NCBI GenBank assembly: GCA_049322915.1
Contig: JBMOPW010000014.1
Coordinates: 765,527 to 829,526 of the forward strand
DNA length: 64,000 nt
Direction of reading: 5' to 3'
DNA from: Candidatus Zhuqueibacterota bacterium
GTDB lineage: Bacteria; Zhuqueibacterota; Zhuqueibacteria; Thermofontimicrobiales; Thermofontimicrobiaceae
Below, piece by piece: positions 50,201 to 57,953 of this stretch. Each line of letters begins with the position of its first letter. Positions within the stretch are counted from its first letter, which is position 1. The translations under genes were made by a program, and so were the position numbers. The notes under the pieces were generated by a model, which ran no database searches, was not told the DNA's origin, and was given only the letters and a program-made list of their open reading frames with translations.

Positions 50201-51088
50201 TCCGCTGGGATGATAGAACACATGAAAGCAGTTCTCGGAATTGTTGCTGAAGGACAATGTTTGTCCCGACCCGGTCACCACATCGTCCTGGTTGAAATCG
50301 CCGCTGAGAATGGTTTCATTGGCTTCGCCCATGCCATAATTGGCGCGTTCGCTGACAGCAGATTCCGTGCCTGCAAAACCGCCGTAAATAGCAACGCCGT
50401 TTTTCATACGAAAATGGAAATAGCGTGACGTGTTAGTCAAATCGTATGCTGAGGTGGGGAAATAGGTGCCGGCTTTCACCCAGATCTTGTCGCCGCTTGT
50501 GGCCAAATCCAGCGCAGCCTGCAGTGTTTGTTTGGCATTATCCCAGCTTAAACCATCGCCGCTGTCATCGGCTTTGGTTGAATCCACGTAATAGGTGGGC
50601 GACTCCCCGGTTCCCTTGATTGTAAACGTGTACGGATTCTCATTAAAATCATTATTGGGGATGGAAACCGTGGCCTGCCGCGCGCCTGACGCACCCGGGG
50701 TGAATTTGATGGTAAACGACGCCGGCATCCCCATACTAACAAATTGGGAGGAGGGTTGGCTGGTAACCTCGAAATCGCCGGGGTTCGTCCCTGTAATCGA
50801 AACATAAGGGGTGCCCTGCAGTATTAAAACCGATTCAGGACCTCCCAAATTGCTGATTGAGAAACTCACCGATGAATCGCCGCCGACGGCCGAACTCCCA
50901 AAATCGAACTCCCCGGTCCCGCTGGGTATGGACGTGCCGTTTTGTTGGACATCAATTTCCGGTGGCATAATAATATTTTCCGGCGGCATAGGATCCTGAG
51001 CAAAAAGCCCCACCGCCAGGACGCAAATGAACCAGAGCGTCAAGGCGCTGATCCAGAATGTGCGATTACCTGTTAATCTTGTTTTCAT
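44282..51088 (-). CDS. Secreted ~2270-aa protein: Ig + beta-helix + 5 further choice-of-anchor D Ig domains + FN3 + cohesin/dockerin-like cassette + T9SS-type CTD
   Basis: AGGGAG RBS precedes MKTRLTG; six PEIDV-type domains; GGMYN repeats; shared cassette. Confidence 0.85.
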   Translation of the reverse strand: MKTRLTGNRTFWISALTLWFICVLAVGLFAQDPMPPENIIMPPEIDVQQNGTSIPSGTGEFDFGSSAVGGDSSVSFSISNLGGPESVLILQGTPYVSITGTNPGDFEVTSQPSSQFVSMGMPASFTIKFTPGASGARQATVSIPNNDFNENPYTFTIKGTGESPTYYVDSTKADDSGDGLSWDNAKQTLQAALDLATSGDKIWVKAGTYFPTSAYDLTNTSRYFHFRMKNGVAIYGGFAGTESAVSERANYGMGEANETILSGDFNQDDVVTGSGQTLSFSNNSENCFHVFYHPSGLGLDTTAVLDGFTVRGGNASDPGLLHITGAGMYNQLNSPSLNSVNIIYNYAYYTAAGMFNDTSSPVITNSNISWNKSYSQAGGMYNLSSNPSLTNTMVLNNYAESYGGGIINQNNADPVFTNVLIAGNYSNSGGGGIYNHTEVSPIFINVTITNNAANGGGGGVRNWFGSSGTYFNCIIYGNTGIAGNEFYLENGMAPAGTVTLNYSCYGNATRDVFNIGTTFTATNNNITSNPLIVDAAGGDYRIYNVSPCADAGYDAYNSETTDIRGAGFDRKLNKTNGSAGTIDMGAYEYKFGTDPVAVPEIDVRGNYLSIADGDTISSADDSTSFGSANVDGGTINSTFKIFNTGNDILFLSQPDKAEMDMYRSRLNQTGPSEIVTISGDHSVDFEVTTQPSVAYLEPGDSASFMVQFDPSSNGTRSATVSIPNNDSDESPYTFAIQGIGLAAEIDVHGNYVSIVDGDASPSLTDHTDFDSVAVSNGDLERTYSIYNTGNKTLYLGNSQSDARNEKPVTIELENPVVIGGTNSADFTVTQAPSLEISPGDSTTFTVKFDPSGNGVRSATISIYSDDSDESPYNFSIQGFGAVPEIDIQGNYVSIANGDETPSQADHTDFDSVGVLLGSMDRTFKIFNTGTASLVLGQIITHTDNSLRNSRPIDLVTISGDNAADFTVKTQPTSPIAVGDSASFVVTFNPSDSGERRATVSLYSNDGDESPYTFAILGAGVTPTIEVRGNYTTIANGDTVPSFLDFTDFDSVSVVSDSSTHIFTILNTGTATLHFNPIVKNADAVSRVNFIDRDNVNIGGDHASDFTVTTQPSDSVAAGDSTTFTVAFNPSAVGIRSASIDINSDDFSNSPYTFAIRGTGVTPEIDVRGNYISIANGDTTPSATDSTSFGSAAVDGGTINRTFRIFNTGNERLYLGDRDSNMELAGFTMNSPSGRALILLKGPQGYDFEVTAQPENFYINPGDSLSFTIQFNPSDGGTRSTYVYVRNNDSDESDFNFEIEGVGITVPTVVTAAIDSITVISAVGGGNVTADGGDSVTVRGVCWGLTANPTVDSSHTSNGDGTGSFSSSITGLAHGITYYVRAYATNGAGTGYGADSTFTTKQILITTTPSDTLLRGGQQVTYTVSIANVLPAMRGFSVQVDFNDDHFTSPQFTEGTFLSSTGKTTQWDASGANGRYTVDCAILGVTDGVTGDGTLFTMMLTTADAVTDSLVNPSSDNLMLSHVLLRDVNNIAIPCDSSAGSKIIIDTAPPTMDSLAEADSVWYRSQPVLQVFRVADNYELDSLSYKLNDDAWTTIMGGIKGKTASASNAPLPGYAELAERKALHWFYLRACDDAGNLGGYDKTWDFCFYKDETAPLGDLSISFKDVAAYSMKVVGAALADTTQGEEYYQFDCTTNDTYDRARTLADSIHECATMAANTQYKFKYQGSDGVNDPGATPAYNATSWSNEYSKYTLSVAPTTSTVTCDKHGTISTTTLTFTAVGGFGAGTVQYYLYALDDSIAHTFKGTESEWASGDLKMGIPTANKNYYLHVQGYNAEDVANGTLTIGPYQWDGTPISPVTKLELSTSGNSLQCSWTNPQNDAYKIEVWFKGFGGYPEYTGAVPTFPTTPDEASGDGWTKILDSLATSKKYAPANRDFYYYALFVEDMAKHYSAAAIDSSLSYWLGDVNASPDGSVTASDIAILSSAYHTSSIDADWNGHCDVGPTLDFGRISRPLPDDDINFEDLMIFAMNYENTSKDKTDKSKAKVTSSPIALLLNIQRVGAQFVAQVQLNENAGVVKGLYIPITFGADLSFSQVRRGSLVTSGDFFDAGQEGNCLYISAAALEHEGIFKDNGVVAEIVFTVNGSNSSIQFGEAVARSQGNANLELTYAYTDVALLSEGLIPTEYKLHQNYPNPFNPSTTILYDLKADGQVTITLYNINGQRIATLLDEVKNAGYHSFVFEAGNLPSGVYLYRIQVNDFRDVRKLVLMK

Positions 51089-51507
51089 ATAAAACTCCCT
51101 TATGATGTTAAACATATCCTGAAAATTTGTGTCACATACCGGTCTGAAAGCCGGAATGACTAAATGAGTTATTATCCTTTGAGAACAACTTCACTTAAGG
51201 TGGGGACAGCGCACATCTGATCAGCATAAAAGGTTTTTTCTTTGTCATTTGATTCCGTGTTTCCATAAGAAATCCTCCAGTTGGTAAATGTTTAAAAAGC
51301 GCAGCAATGGTGCGGCGCGCCTTGTTTCAGTGACATAGGTCGACGGATGGTTTCCTGTCTCATGAAATCGCCCCGTCAATTCGAAAAAATAATTCAGACA
51401 CAACCTGCGTGCAGTACCCTGGCGTGTTCATGGGCTGCGCCATTCTATCGGTAAAAAGAGTATTCCGGGAAGAAAATAAACTCGATGCGCAACAAAAGTT
51501 AGATGAA

Positions 51508-51535
51508 GTATCGACAGGATTCCTGGGGAAATGAG
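51508..51535 (-). promoter_or_regulatory. Conserved bipartite motif CTCATT-N14-GTCGATAC
   Basis: Third copy, about 420 bp upstream of the ATG at 51088. Confidence 0.55.
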
Positions 51536-51632
51536 GGAAAAGTGAATAAGTAACGAAAATATCATTTTCTTGAATGGATTGAAACGATGGGTCATCGAAA
51601 AAGGAGAGGTATTCCGATCGCACCGTATCTCC

Positions 51633-52138
51633 GATCGCGCCGGATATGTATCCGGCGCGGGCAATGGATCGGAACGTATGTTCCCGATCAGTGGAGCGGT
51701 TCGGGATGAATATCCCGAACGATCCGCGTGGGCGACGAAACCGATCGCGCCGGATATTCATCCGGCGCGGGCAATGGATCGGAACGTATGTTCCCGATCA
51801 AGGGGAACCGTTCGGGATGAATATCCCGAACGATCCGGAAGGACAAACCGTTTGCCCGGAGCGCAGTCCCTTTATGGACTGCGTGCGACCCCATGATCGC
51901 GCCGGATATTCATCCAGCGCGGGCAATGGATCGGAACGTATGTTCCCGATCAAGGGGAACCGTTCGGGATAAACATCCCGAACGATCCGGAAGGACAAAC
52001 CGTTTGCCCGGAGCGCAGTCCCATTATGGACTGCGTGCGACCCCATGAACGCGCTGGATATTTATCCGGCTAGGGCAATGGATCGGAACATACGTTCCGG
52101 ATCAGGGGAGCGGTTCGGGATGAATATCACGAACGATC
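51633..52138. repeat. Array of four ~92-bp three-hairpin units
   Basis: Units start at 51633, 51743, 51895 and 52047; the last three have a 152-bp period. Confidence 0.95.
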
Positions 52139-52145
52139 CGGAATG

Positions 52146-52175
52146 AAAAAACGCCCGGGAAACACATCCCGGGCG
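52146..52175 (-). terminator. Intrinsic terminator
   Basis: CGCCCGGGA...TCCCGGGCG stem with U-tract. Confidence 0.75.
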
Positions 52176-52209
52176 AGCATGATATTTAAACGTTGGAGGA
52201 GAAGCGATA

Positions 52210-53583
52210 TTATTTCAATAAAGTCAGCGTGCGGATTTCTGAAAACTCGCCGGCTTCGATTTTATAGAAGTACACGCCGGAAGGGAGTTGATCGGCCATC
52301 AACGTGCACTGGTGCTGCCCGGCCGATTGTTCTCCGGCAAAAATGGTGGCGACGAGTTGACCGCAGAGATTGAACAGGGATAACCGGACAAAGCCGGCGG
52401 CAGGCAGGTGATACGGAATTATGGTGGAAGCATTGAACGGATTGGGGTAATTCTGAAGCAGTTGAAAAGTCCCGGCAGTCACAGTCACTTCCACGGCCGC
52501 GCTGTAAGAGAAGGCGCCGTCCGTATCGATTTGCCTGAGCCGATATTGAACCTGGCCGGTGGGCGCGTTTCTGTCGGTGAACGAATAGGTCAGTGTGGCG
52601 CTGGAATTGCCGTGGCCGGCCACAAATCCGATGCGCGCCCAATCCTGCTGGCCATCTGCGCCAGCCAGTCGCTCGATTTCGAATCCATAATTGTTGGATT
52701 CGGACTGGGTTTCCCAGCTCAACGCTATGTGATCCTGGCGAAGGTCGACCCAAAACCCGGATAGTTCCACCGGCAGCGTGATGGTGCTTGTTTCGAAGCT
52801 TCGTGTTTCCGTGTACTTTGTCCCGCGATAGGAGGAGGCATAGGCGCGGAAAAAATAGGTGGCGCCTGGCTGCAAACCTGTGGCGTTCACGGTGAAGTCG
52901 CCGGTGTTGCCGACCACTATTTTTTTCCCGGTGTAGCTGGAAACTGTGGGAATGCCTGTTTGGCTCCATACCACGCCGCGCTCGATGATGGCCGAACCGC
53001 CGTCATCCACAACAGTCCCGCCGAGATATGCCGAATAGGCGGTGATATTCTGAACTGTCGGATCCGTGATGACCGGGAGCGCCGCACAATTAACAATGAC
53101 CGTGCCTGGCTGCGTTGCGACATCCGGAATGATCTCTCCGTCCACGGCATAGTAGAATTCCTGGTCCACCACAGTCAAATTTTCGACGCCATCGCGGACA
53201 TTGCGAAATGTCAGATCCAGAATGGCGCCGGAATCGTCGATGGACAGACCCGCGCCCAGCACGATGCATTCCACACGGATGACGTCTGCGGACTCCTGCA
53301 CCACGCGCCACCAGTAGCTGCTGAAGCCGGAAACCAGCGCGCCCTTTTCAGCCGAAATGAACTGGCACAGTTCAGGGTTGTATTTCAAATACACTTTGAA
53401 TCCCCGGAAACCGTCGCTATTCTGTTCGACGTTGAGGTCGATGTTGAAATTGCCGGTCTTGTTCACGTGAAGCGTGTCAGGCAGAAAACAGGTTTGAAAA
53501 CTGTAGGCGTTTAAAGAGACGAGCAGGATGGCAAAAAAAATGATGATGCGGATCGGTCGAGTCTTTTTGGAATTCTTCTTCAT
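52210..53583 (-). CDS. Secreted cohesin-like + FN3 + T9SS-type CTD protein
   Basis: FRGFKVYLKYNP...ILDLTF cohesin-like domain, DGGSAIIERGVVWS FN3, LPVELSGF, QNYPNPFN. Confidence 0.8.
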   Translation of the reverse strand: MKKNSKKTRPIRIIIFFAILLVSLNAYSFQTCFLPDTLHVNKTGNFNIDLNVEQNSDGFRGFKVYLKYNPELCQFISAEKGALVSGFSSYWWRVVQESADVIRVECIVLGAGLSIDDSGAILDLTFRNVRDGVENLTVVDQEFYYAVDGEIIPDVATQPGTVIVNCAALPVITDPTVQNITAYSAYLGGTVVDDGGSAIIERGVVWSQTGIPTVSSYTGKKIVVGNTGDFTVNATGLQPGATYFFRAYASSYRGTKYTETRSFETSTITLPVELSGFWVDLRQDHIALSWETQSESNNYGFEIERLAGADGQQDWARIGFVAGHGNSSATLTYSFTDRNAPTGQVQYRLRQIDTDGAFSYSAAVEVTVTAGTFQLLQNYPNPFNASTIIPYHLPAAGFVRLSLFNLCGQLVATIFAGEQSAGQHQCTLMADQLPSGVYFYKIEAGEFSEIRTLTLLK

Positions 53584-53861
53584 CGTAAGTCCCTTCATCC
53601 CAGGTTGCAGTTCATTCCCCCGATCATTCACTCTGATTTTAAAAATGTAACAGGTATTGCAAAAAAGTCATTGTTGAGTCAGCCGTGTTAAGGCAATTCA
53701 TATACCAGAATTTTTCTGTTGCGTTTATCGTTTAATTTTAATATAATTATCACGCATGGGAAAAGTTACAGAATCCCAAAAAATTGACTCATGATAATCA
53801 CAGTGTCTCAGCGGATGACATTGTGAATCTGATTTGACCGCAACAAAAACACGGGAACTGA

Positions 53862-54638
53862 ATGATGAAAACTCTCAAAATGGTTTCATGGAATGTGAAT
53901 GGTATTCGGGCGGTATTTCGCAAGGGCGCATTTCAATGGCTTTTGCAGGAAGGCTGGGATATGTTTTGCCTTCAGGAGACGAAAGCGCATCCGGACCAGC
54001 TCAGCAAAGAGATTGTGGAACTGGAAGGGTATTCAGCCTGGTTCGCATCGGCAGAGCGGAAAGGCTACAGCGGCGTGGCGCTGTACACCAGGGAGAAGCC
54101 GCTGACCGTGACCAGCGGTTTTGGCGAACCCCGATTCGATTCTGAAGGCCGCATTCTCATTGCAGATTATGGGCGGTTTGTGCTGTTCAATATTTATTAT
54201 CCCAATGGAAAGGGCTCCAAAGAGCGGCTGGCGTACAAGATGGAATTTTACGATGCGTTTCTGGATTATGCCGACAGGCTGAAACAGCAGGGGAGAAGCC
54301 TCATTGTGTGCGGCGATGTGAATACCGCGCATAAGGAGATCGACCTGGCGCGGCCCCGGGAGAACGAAAAGTCGTCAGGATTTCTGCCGGAGGAACGGGC
54401 CTGGATCGATCGATTGCTGAGTCACGGCTTTGTGGATACGTTTCGTCTGTTCCACAGCGAGCAAGACCAGTACACGTGGTGGGACATGAAAACCCGCGCG
54501 CGTGAACGGAATATCGGCTGGCGCATTGATTATTTTTATGTGAGCGAGGATTTGCGGGACAATGTGAAGGCGGCGTACATTCTGCCGGATGTGATGGGAT
54601 CTGACCATTGCCCCATTGGTATTGATGTGGAGGTTTGA
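53862..54638 (+). CDS. xth: Exodeoxyribonuclease III
   Basis: [37 protein letters not shown]. Confidence 0.97.
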   Translation: MMKTLKMVSWNVNGIRAVFRKGAFQWLLQEGWDMFCLQETKAHPDQLSKEIVELEGYSAWFASAERKGYSGVALYTREKPLTVTSGFGEPRFDSEGRILIADYGRFVLFNIYYPNGKGSKERLAYKMEFYDAFLDYADRLKQQGRSLIVCGDVNTAHKEIDLARPRENEKSSGFLPEERAWIDRLLSHGFVDTFRLFHSEQDQYTWWDMKTRARERNIGWRIDYFYVSEDLRDNVKAAYILPDVMGSDHCPIGIDVEV

Positions 54639-54997
54639 TTTTGAGAAGTTCGCTTTAATTCTAAAATAAAATTCTGACCATTTTTGGCAGAAAAAAATCA
54701 CAAAAAACAAAACTCAAGCGCCAAATAAATCCCAGATGCAAAAATCCAATTTTCTAACTGTTACCAAAAGAACAATCAAACGACCCTATCCGAAGTTGAT
54801 TTTTTGGAATCTGGTTTTATAATTTCAGATGCATCCCTCGGCGCTATGACGCAGATGAAGAATCCGTGAAGATCAGCCTCATCCGTTTGATCAGCGTTCC
54901 ATTCCTTTTTTGGTTCTGGCTTTGCCAGGTTGGGAATTTGGCATTGTGATTTGTTTGTTATTTAGTTCTTGTATGTTGCTATTTCCGGTTAGAAAAT

Positions 54998-55912
54998 CTA
55001 TTGCATTGCAATCCCCTGGAATTTCTTCTCCGCCTTCATTCGCTGTTCCACAAGCTGAATGATTCTGGCTTTGGGTATTTCCCAGAGCGGCGCGATGAGC
55101 AGATCCTGCCGGATATCCCCAACCAGTCGATGCACTGAAATGTGCGCTGCCAGATGGGGCAGCAGTGTGACCAGCAGATTGATATATTCCTGTTCGGAGA
55201 AGACCGGCACGTTTCCCCCGGCGTACCAGTCCGCCAATACTGTATGTTTCACAACCTGCAAATGATGCATTTTCACGCCATCCAGGTTGAGCCGGTTGAT
55301 GGTTTGAATCGTGGCGATCATGTGGTCCGGCGTTTCACCGGGCAATCCGAGAATGATATGCGCGCAGATGAGAATGTGGGGATAGCGCCGCGTTTGCCCG
55401 ACCGCTCGATGGAAGCAGGCGACGTCATGGCCGCGGTTGATGCGCTCCAGCGTGCGGTCATGAGCCGATTGCAGTCCCAATTCCAGCCAGACCATGGTGC
55501 TTTCGCCGAGCTCGGAGAGAAGGGCGAGCGCCTCACCGGACAGGCAATCCGGGCGGGTTCCCACGGCCAGACCGACAATGTCGTCCCGGTGATTTTCAAT
55601 TTCCCGCCACCAGGGTTCCAGCCGAGAAATGGGCGCGTAGGTATTGGTATCGGTTTGAAAATAGGCGATGAATTTTCCTGTGAAACCGGCGGCTCTCGAC
55701 CGCGCAATGCCGTCAGCCATTTGCCGGCGCACATCCGGCAGATCGCAGGACAGAGAGCTGAAGCCGGGATTGTAGCAATAGACGCATCCGCCGGCGCCGG
55801 TGCGATTTTCGCGATGGGGGCAACCCAGATTCGTGTGCACCGGCAGCTTCCGAACCGGCCAGGGGAATCGCTCTTTGAGGAATTGTTTGAATGTGTAAAT
55901 GGGTGGTTTCAT
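54998..55912 (-). CDS. TIGR01212-family radical SAM protein
   Basis: CPHR...GGCVYC, TNTY, GTRPDC, ELGLQS, NRGH, HIILGLPGE. Confidence 0.92.
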   Translation of the reverse strand: MKPPIYTFKQFLKERFPWPVRKLPVHTNLGCPHRENRTGAGGCVYCYNPGFSSLSCDLPDVRRQMADGIARSRAAGFTGKFIAYFQTDTNTYAPISRLEPWWREIENHRDDIVGLAVGTRPDCLSGEALALLSELGESTMVWLELGLQSAHDRTLERINRGHDVACFHRAVGQTRRYPHILICAHIILGLPGETPDHMIATIQTINRLNLDGVKMHHLQVVKHTVLADWYAGGNVPVFSEQEYINLLVTLLPHLAAHISVHRLVGDIRQDLLIAPLWEIPKARIIQLVEQRMKAEKKFQGIAMQ

Positions 55913-55960
55913 TTTTTATTCAAAATATTTTTGATTGCCGCGAAGTGTAAAAAATACCGG

Positions 55961-56114
55961 GATCGATCAGGACATTCGTCCTGATCCGGAAATAAAAAGG
56001 GATGTTTATCCGGTGACGTTTCGGTAAATACGACTTTTCTACCGCCGTTCGAATTCGTGCGACGGATAAATATCCGATTCCAACCAGCGTCCCGGATAAA
56101 CATCAGGGACGATC
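55961..56114. repeat. Diverged GATC-footed REP pair
   Basis: GATCGATCAGGACATTCGTCCTGATC ... GTCCCGGATAAACATCAGGGACGATC. Confidence 0.6.
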
Positions 56115-56160
56115 CTTATTATATCTTTTTTCCGCGTCCCAGCGCCGTTGCAGCCAATAG

Positions 56161-57168
56161 TTAAAACGTCAAACTGCTCTTCTCCGATGAACCGCTCAGC
56201 AGCAGCCACAGGAAAAATGGCCCGCCCAACAATGCGGTGATTACGCCGACCGGTATTTCCGCCGGGGCAATGATGGTTCGCGCCAGCGTGTCGCATAAAA
56301 CGAGAAACGCCCCGCCGAACACGAATGTGACCGGCGTGAGCTGCCGGTGATTGGCGCCGATGAGCAGCCGGCAGATGTGCGGCGCCATCATGCCCACAAA
56401 TCCGATGGGCCCGCACACGGAGACAACGCCGCCCACCATCAGCGAGGTCGCGAAAAAGAGCAGCGCCTTCACGCGCTTCAGCGAAACGCCCCGACTCACC
56501 GCCATGTCCTCGCCGATCAACAGCAGATTGAGGTCGTGGGTCAGAAATAAAATGATGACAGAGCCGACCGCGACAAAGGGCAACAGTGACAGGACGGGTC
56601 TGTAGCCGATGATTTCCACGCCGCCCATGAGCCAGCGGATGATTCGAAATGAATTGGCGAAGTCGCTCAGGTACTGAATGAACAGGATGAGACTGGAGAA
56701 GAAGAAGTTGATCGCAACCCCGGCGACGAGCATGATTTCGGTGGAGAAGCCCTTTTTGAATCGGGTCATTCCGTACACCAGCGCGATGGCAATCACGGCC
56801 CCTAAAAACGAACTGATTGTCTGGCCGGAAGTTCCCAACACAGCAAAGACCAGGCCCAGCCTGACATACAATGCCGCGCCAAATGCTGCGCCGCTGGACA
56901 CGCCCAGCGTGAACGGCGTGGCCAATGCATTTCGGAACATGGCCTGAAACGCCATTCCGCTGATCGCCAGCGCCGCCCCGGCAGTGAATGCCGTCAGTAC
57001 GCGGGGGACGCGAATCTTCCAGAAAATATCCGCCTTTAAATTGCCCGGACGCTGACCAATGATGTCCTGCAATGAAATCGATTCAATGCCAAAAAATGGC
57101 GCGGTGAAAACAACGACAGTCGCAGCAAGGAAAATGGCGGCGAGCAGGATAGACTTTTTTATTTTCAT
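56161..57168 (-). CDS. btuC: Cobalamin ABC transporter permease (FecCD family)
   Basis: RVPRV, FRNALATPFTLGVSSGA, GPIGFVGMMAPH; downstream of a B12 riboswitch. Confidence 0.85.
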   Translation of the reverse strand: MKIKKSILLAAIFLAATVVVFTAPFFGIESISLQDIIGQRPGNLKADIFWKIRVPRVLTAFTAGAALAISGMAFQAMFRNALATPFTLGVSSGAAFGAALYVRLGLVFAVLGTSGQTISSFLGAVIAIALVYGMTRFKKGFSTEIMLVAGVAINFFFSSLILFIQYLSDFANSFRIIRWLMGGVEIIGYRPVLSLLPFVAVGSVIILFLTHDLNLLLIGEDMAVSRGVSLKRVKALLFFATSLMVGGVVSVCGPIGFVGMMAPHICRLLIGANHRQLTPVTFVFGGAFLVLCDTLARTIIAPAEIPVGVITALLGGPFFLWLLLSGSSEKSSLTF

Positions 57169-57953
57169 GCCGGGTGAACCTCGGGCACAATGAACCGCTG
57201 ACCGGTGATCGGGTGATTGAAGAAGGTGAACGTCCGATCGAACGCCTGTTCCAGCAGGCTATTTTGCATGATGTCGCCGGACTTGCCGGCAAAGAGCACC
57301 GTCCCCTGTTTGAGGATAACGGTGCGGTGACTGTTCAGCACGGCGTTATTGATATCGTGAGTGACCGCGATGATCGTGATGCCCAGGTCGCGATTGAGAT
57401 GGGCGAGAATGCGATAGATGTCCGATTCGTGTTTCGGGTCGAGAAAAGTCGTGGGCTCATCCAGCAGCATGGTTGTTGCGCCCTGGGCAAAGGCGGCTGC
57501 GATGAGAACTGTCTGACGCTCGCCCCCGCTGAGACTGACAATTCGTCGCCGGGCCAGATGTTCGGTCCCGGTGAGTTGCAGCGCCTGTTCGACCATTTTT
57601 TTGTCGTCCGGTGTCACGGAAGAAAAAGGGCTGAGATGGGGATACCGCGCCATGAGCAGGAATTCTTCGACCGTGAACGGATTGAATCCGTCGGTGTTTT
57701 GAGACACGTAGCTCACCTGCCGGGCCAGTTGCTTTTGCGTATACTGCCTCAGCGATTTTTCCTTGAAATAAACGGCATTCGCGTTACCGGAGTAAATGCG
57801 CATCAGACATTTGAGCAGAGTGGTTTTGCCTGCGCCATTGGGCCCGATGATTGTCAGATACTCCCCCTGCCCGATGGTCAACGAAATGTCGTTCAGAATC
57901 CGCTTATTGGCCACAGCAAAGGTGAGATTTTTTATTTCAAATAAAGCGCTCAT
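57165..57953 (-). CDS. btuD: Cobalamin ABC transporter ATPase
   Basis: GPNGAGKTT, LSGGERQ, LLDEPT. Confidence 0.85.
   Translation of the reverse strand: MSALFEIKNLTFAVANKRILNDISLTIGQGEYLTIIGPNGAGKTTLLKCLMRIYSGNANAVYFKEKSLRQYTQKQLARQVSYVSQNTDGFNPFTVEEFLLMARYPHLSPFSSVTPDDKKMVEQALQLTGTEHLARRRIVSLSGGERQTVLIAAAFAQGATTMLLDEPTTFLDPKHESDIYRILAHLNRDLGITIIAVTHDINNAVLNSHRTVILKQGTVLFAGKSGDIMQNSLLEQAFDRTFTFFNHPITGQRFIVPEVHPA

Noticed and set aside
51100..51500. Riboswitch in the long leader
   Set aside because: I could not recognise c-di-GMP or other known aptamer motifs; an Infernal/Rfam scan would be decisive.
51633..52138. Possible CRISPR array
   Set aside because: Repeats are ~92 bp and multi-hairpin, two of the three spacers are near-identical, spacer lengths differ (about 18 versus 59 bp), and there are no cas genes in the window.
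36964..52138. Integron attC sites between gene cassettes
   Set aside because: No RYYYAAC...GTTRRRY core ends and no integrase; the genes have their own promoter-like motifs and terminators.
51360..52373. Several short ORFs in the ORF track (also 36879-37201 and 43652-44133)
   Set aside because: They are translations of palindromic repeats on both strands, with no recognisable RBS or domain.
29909..53583. True cellulosome
   Set aside because: No glycoside hydrolase catalytic motifs or multi-cohesin scaffoldin were recognised; whether the beta-helix domains are catalytic is unknown.
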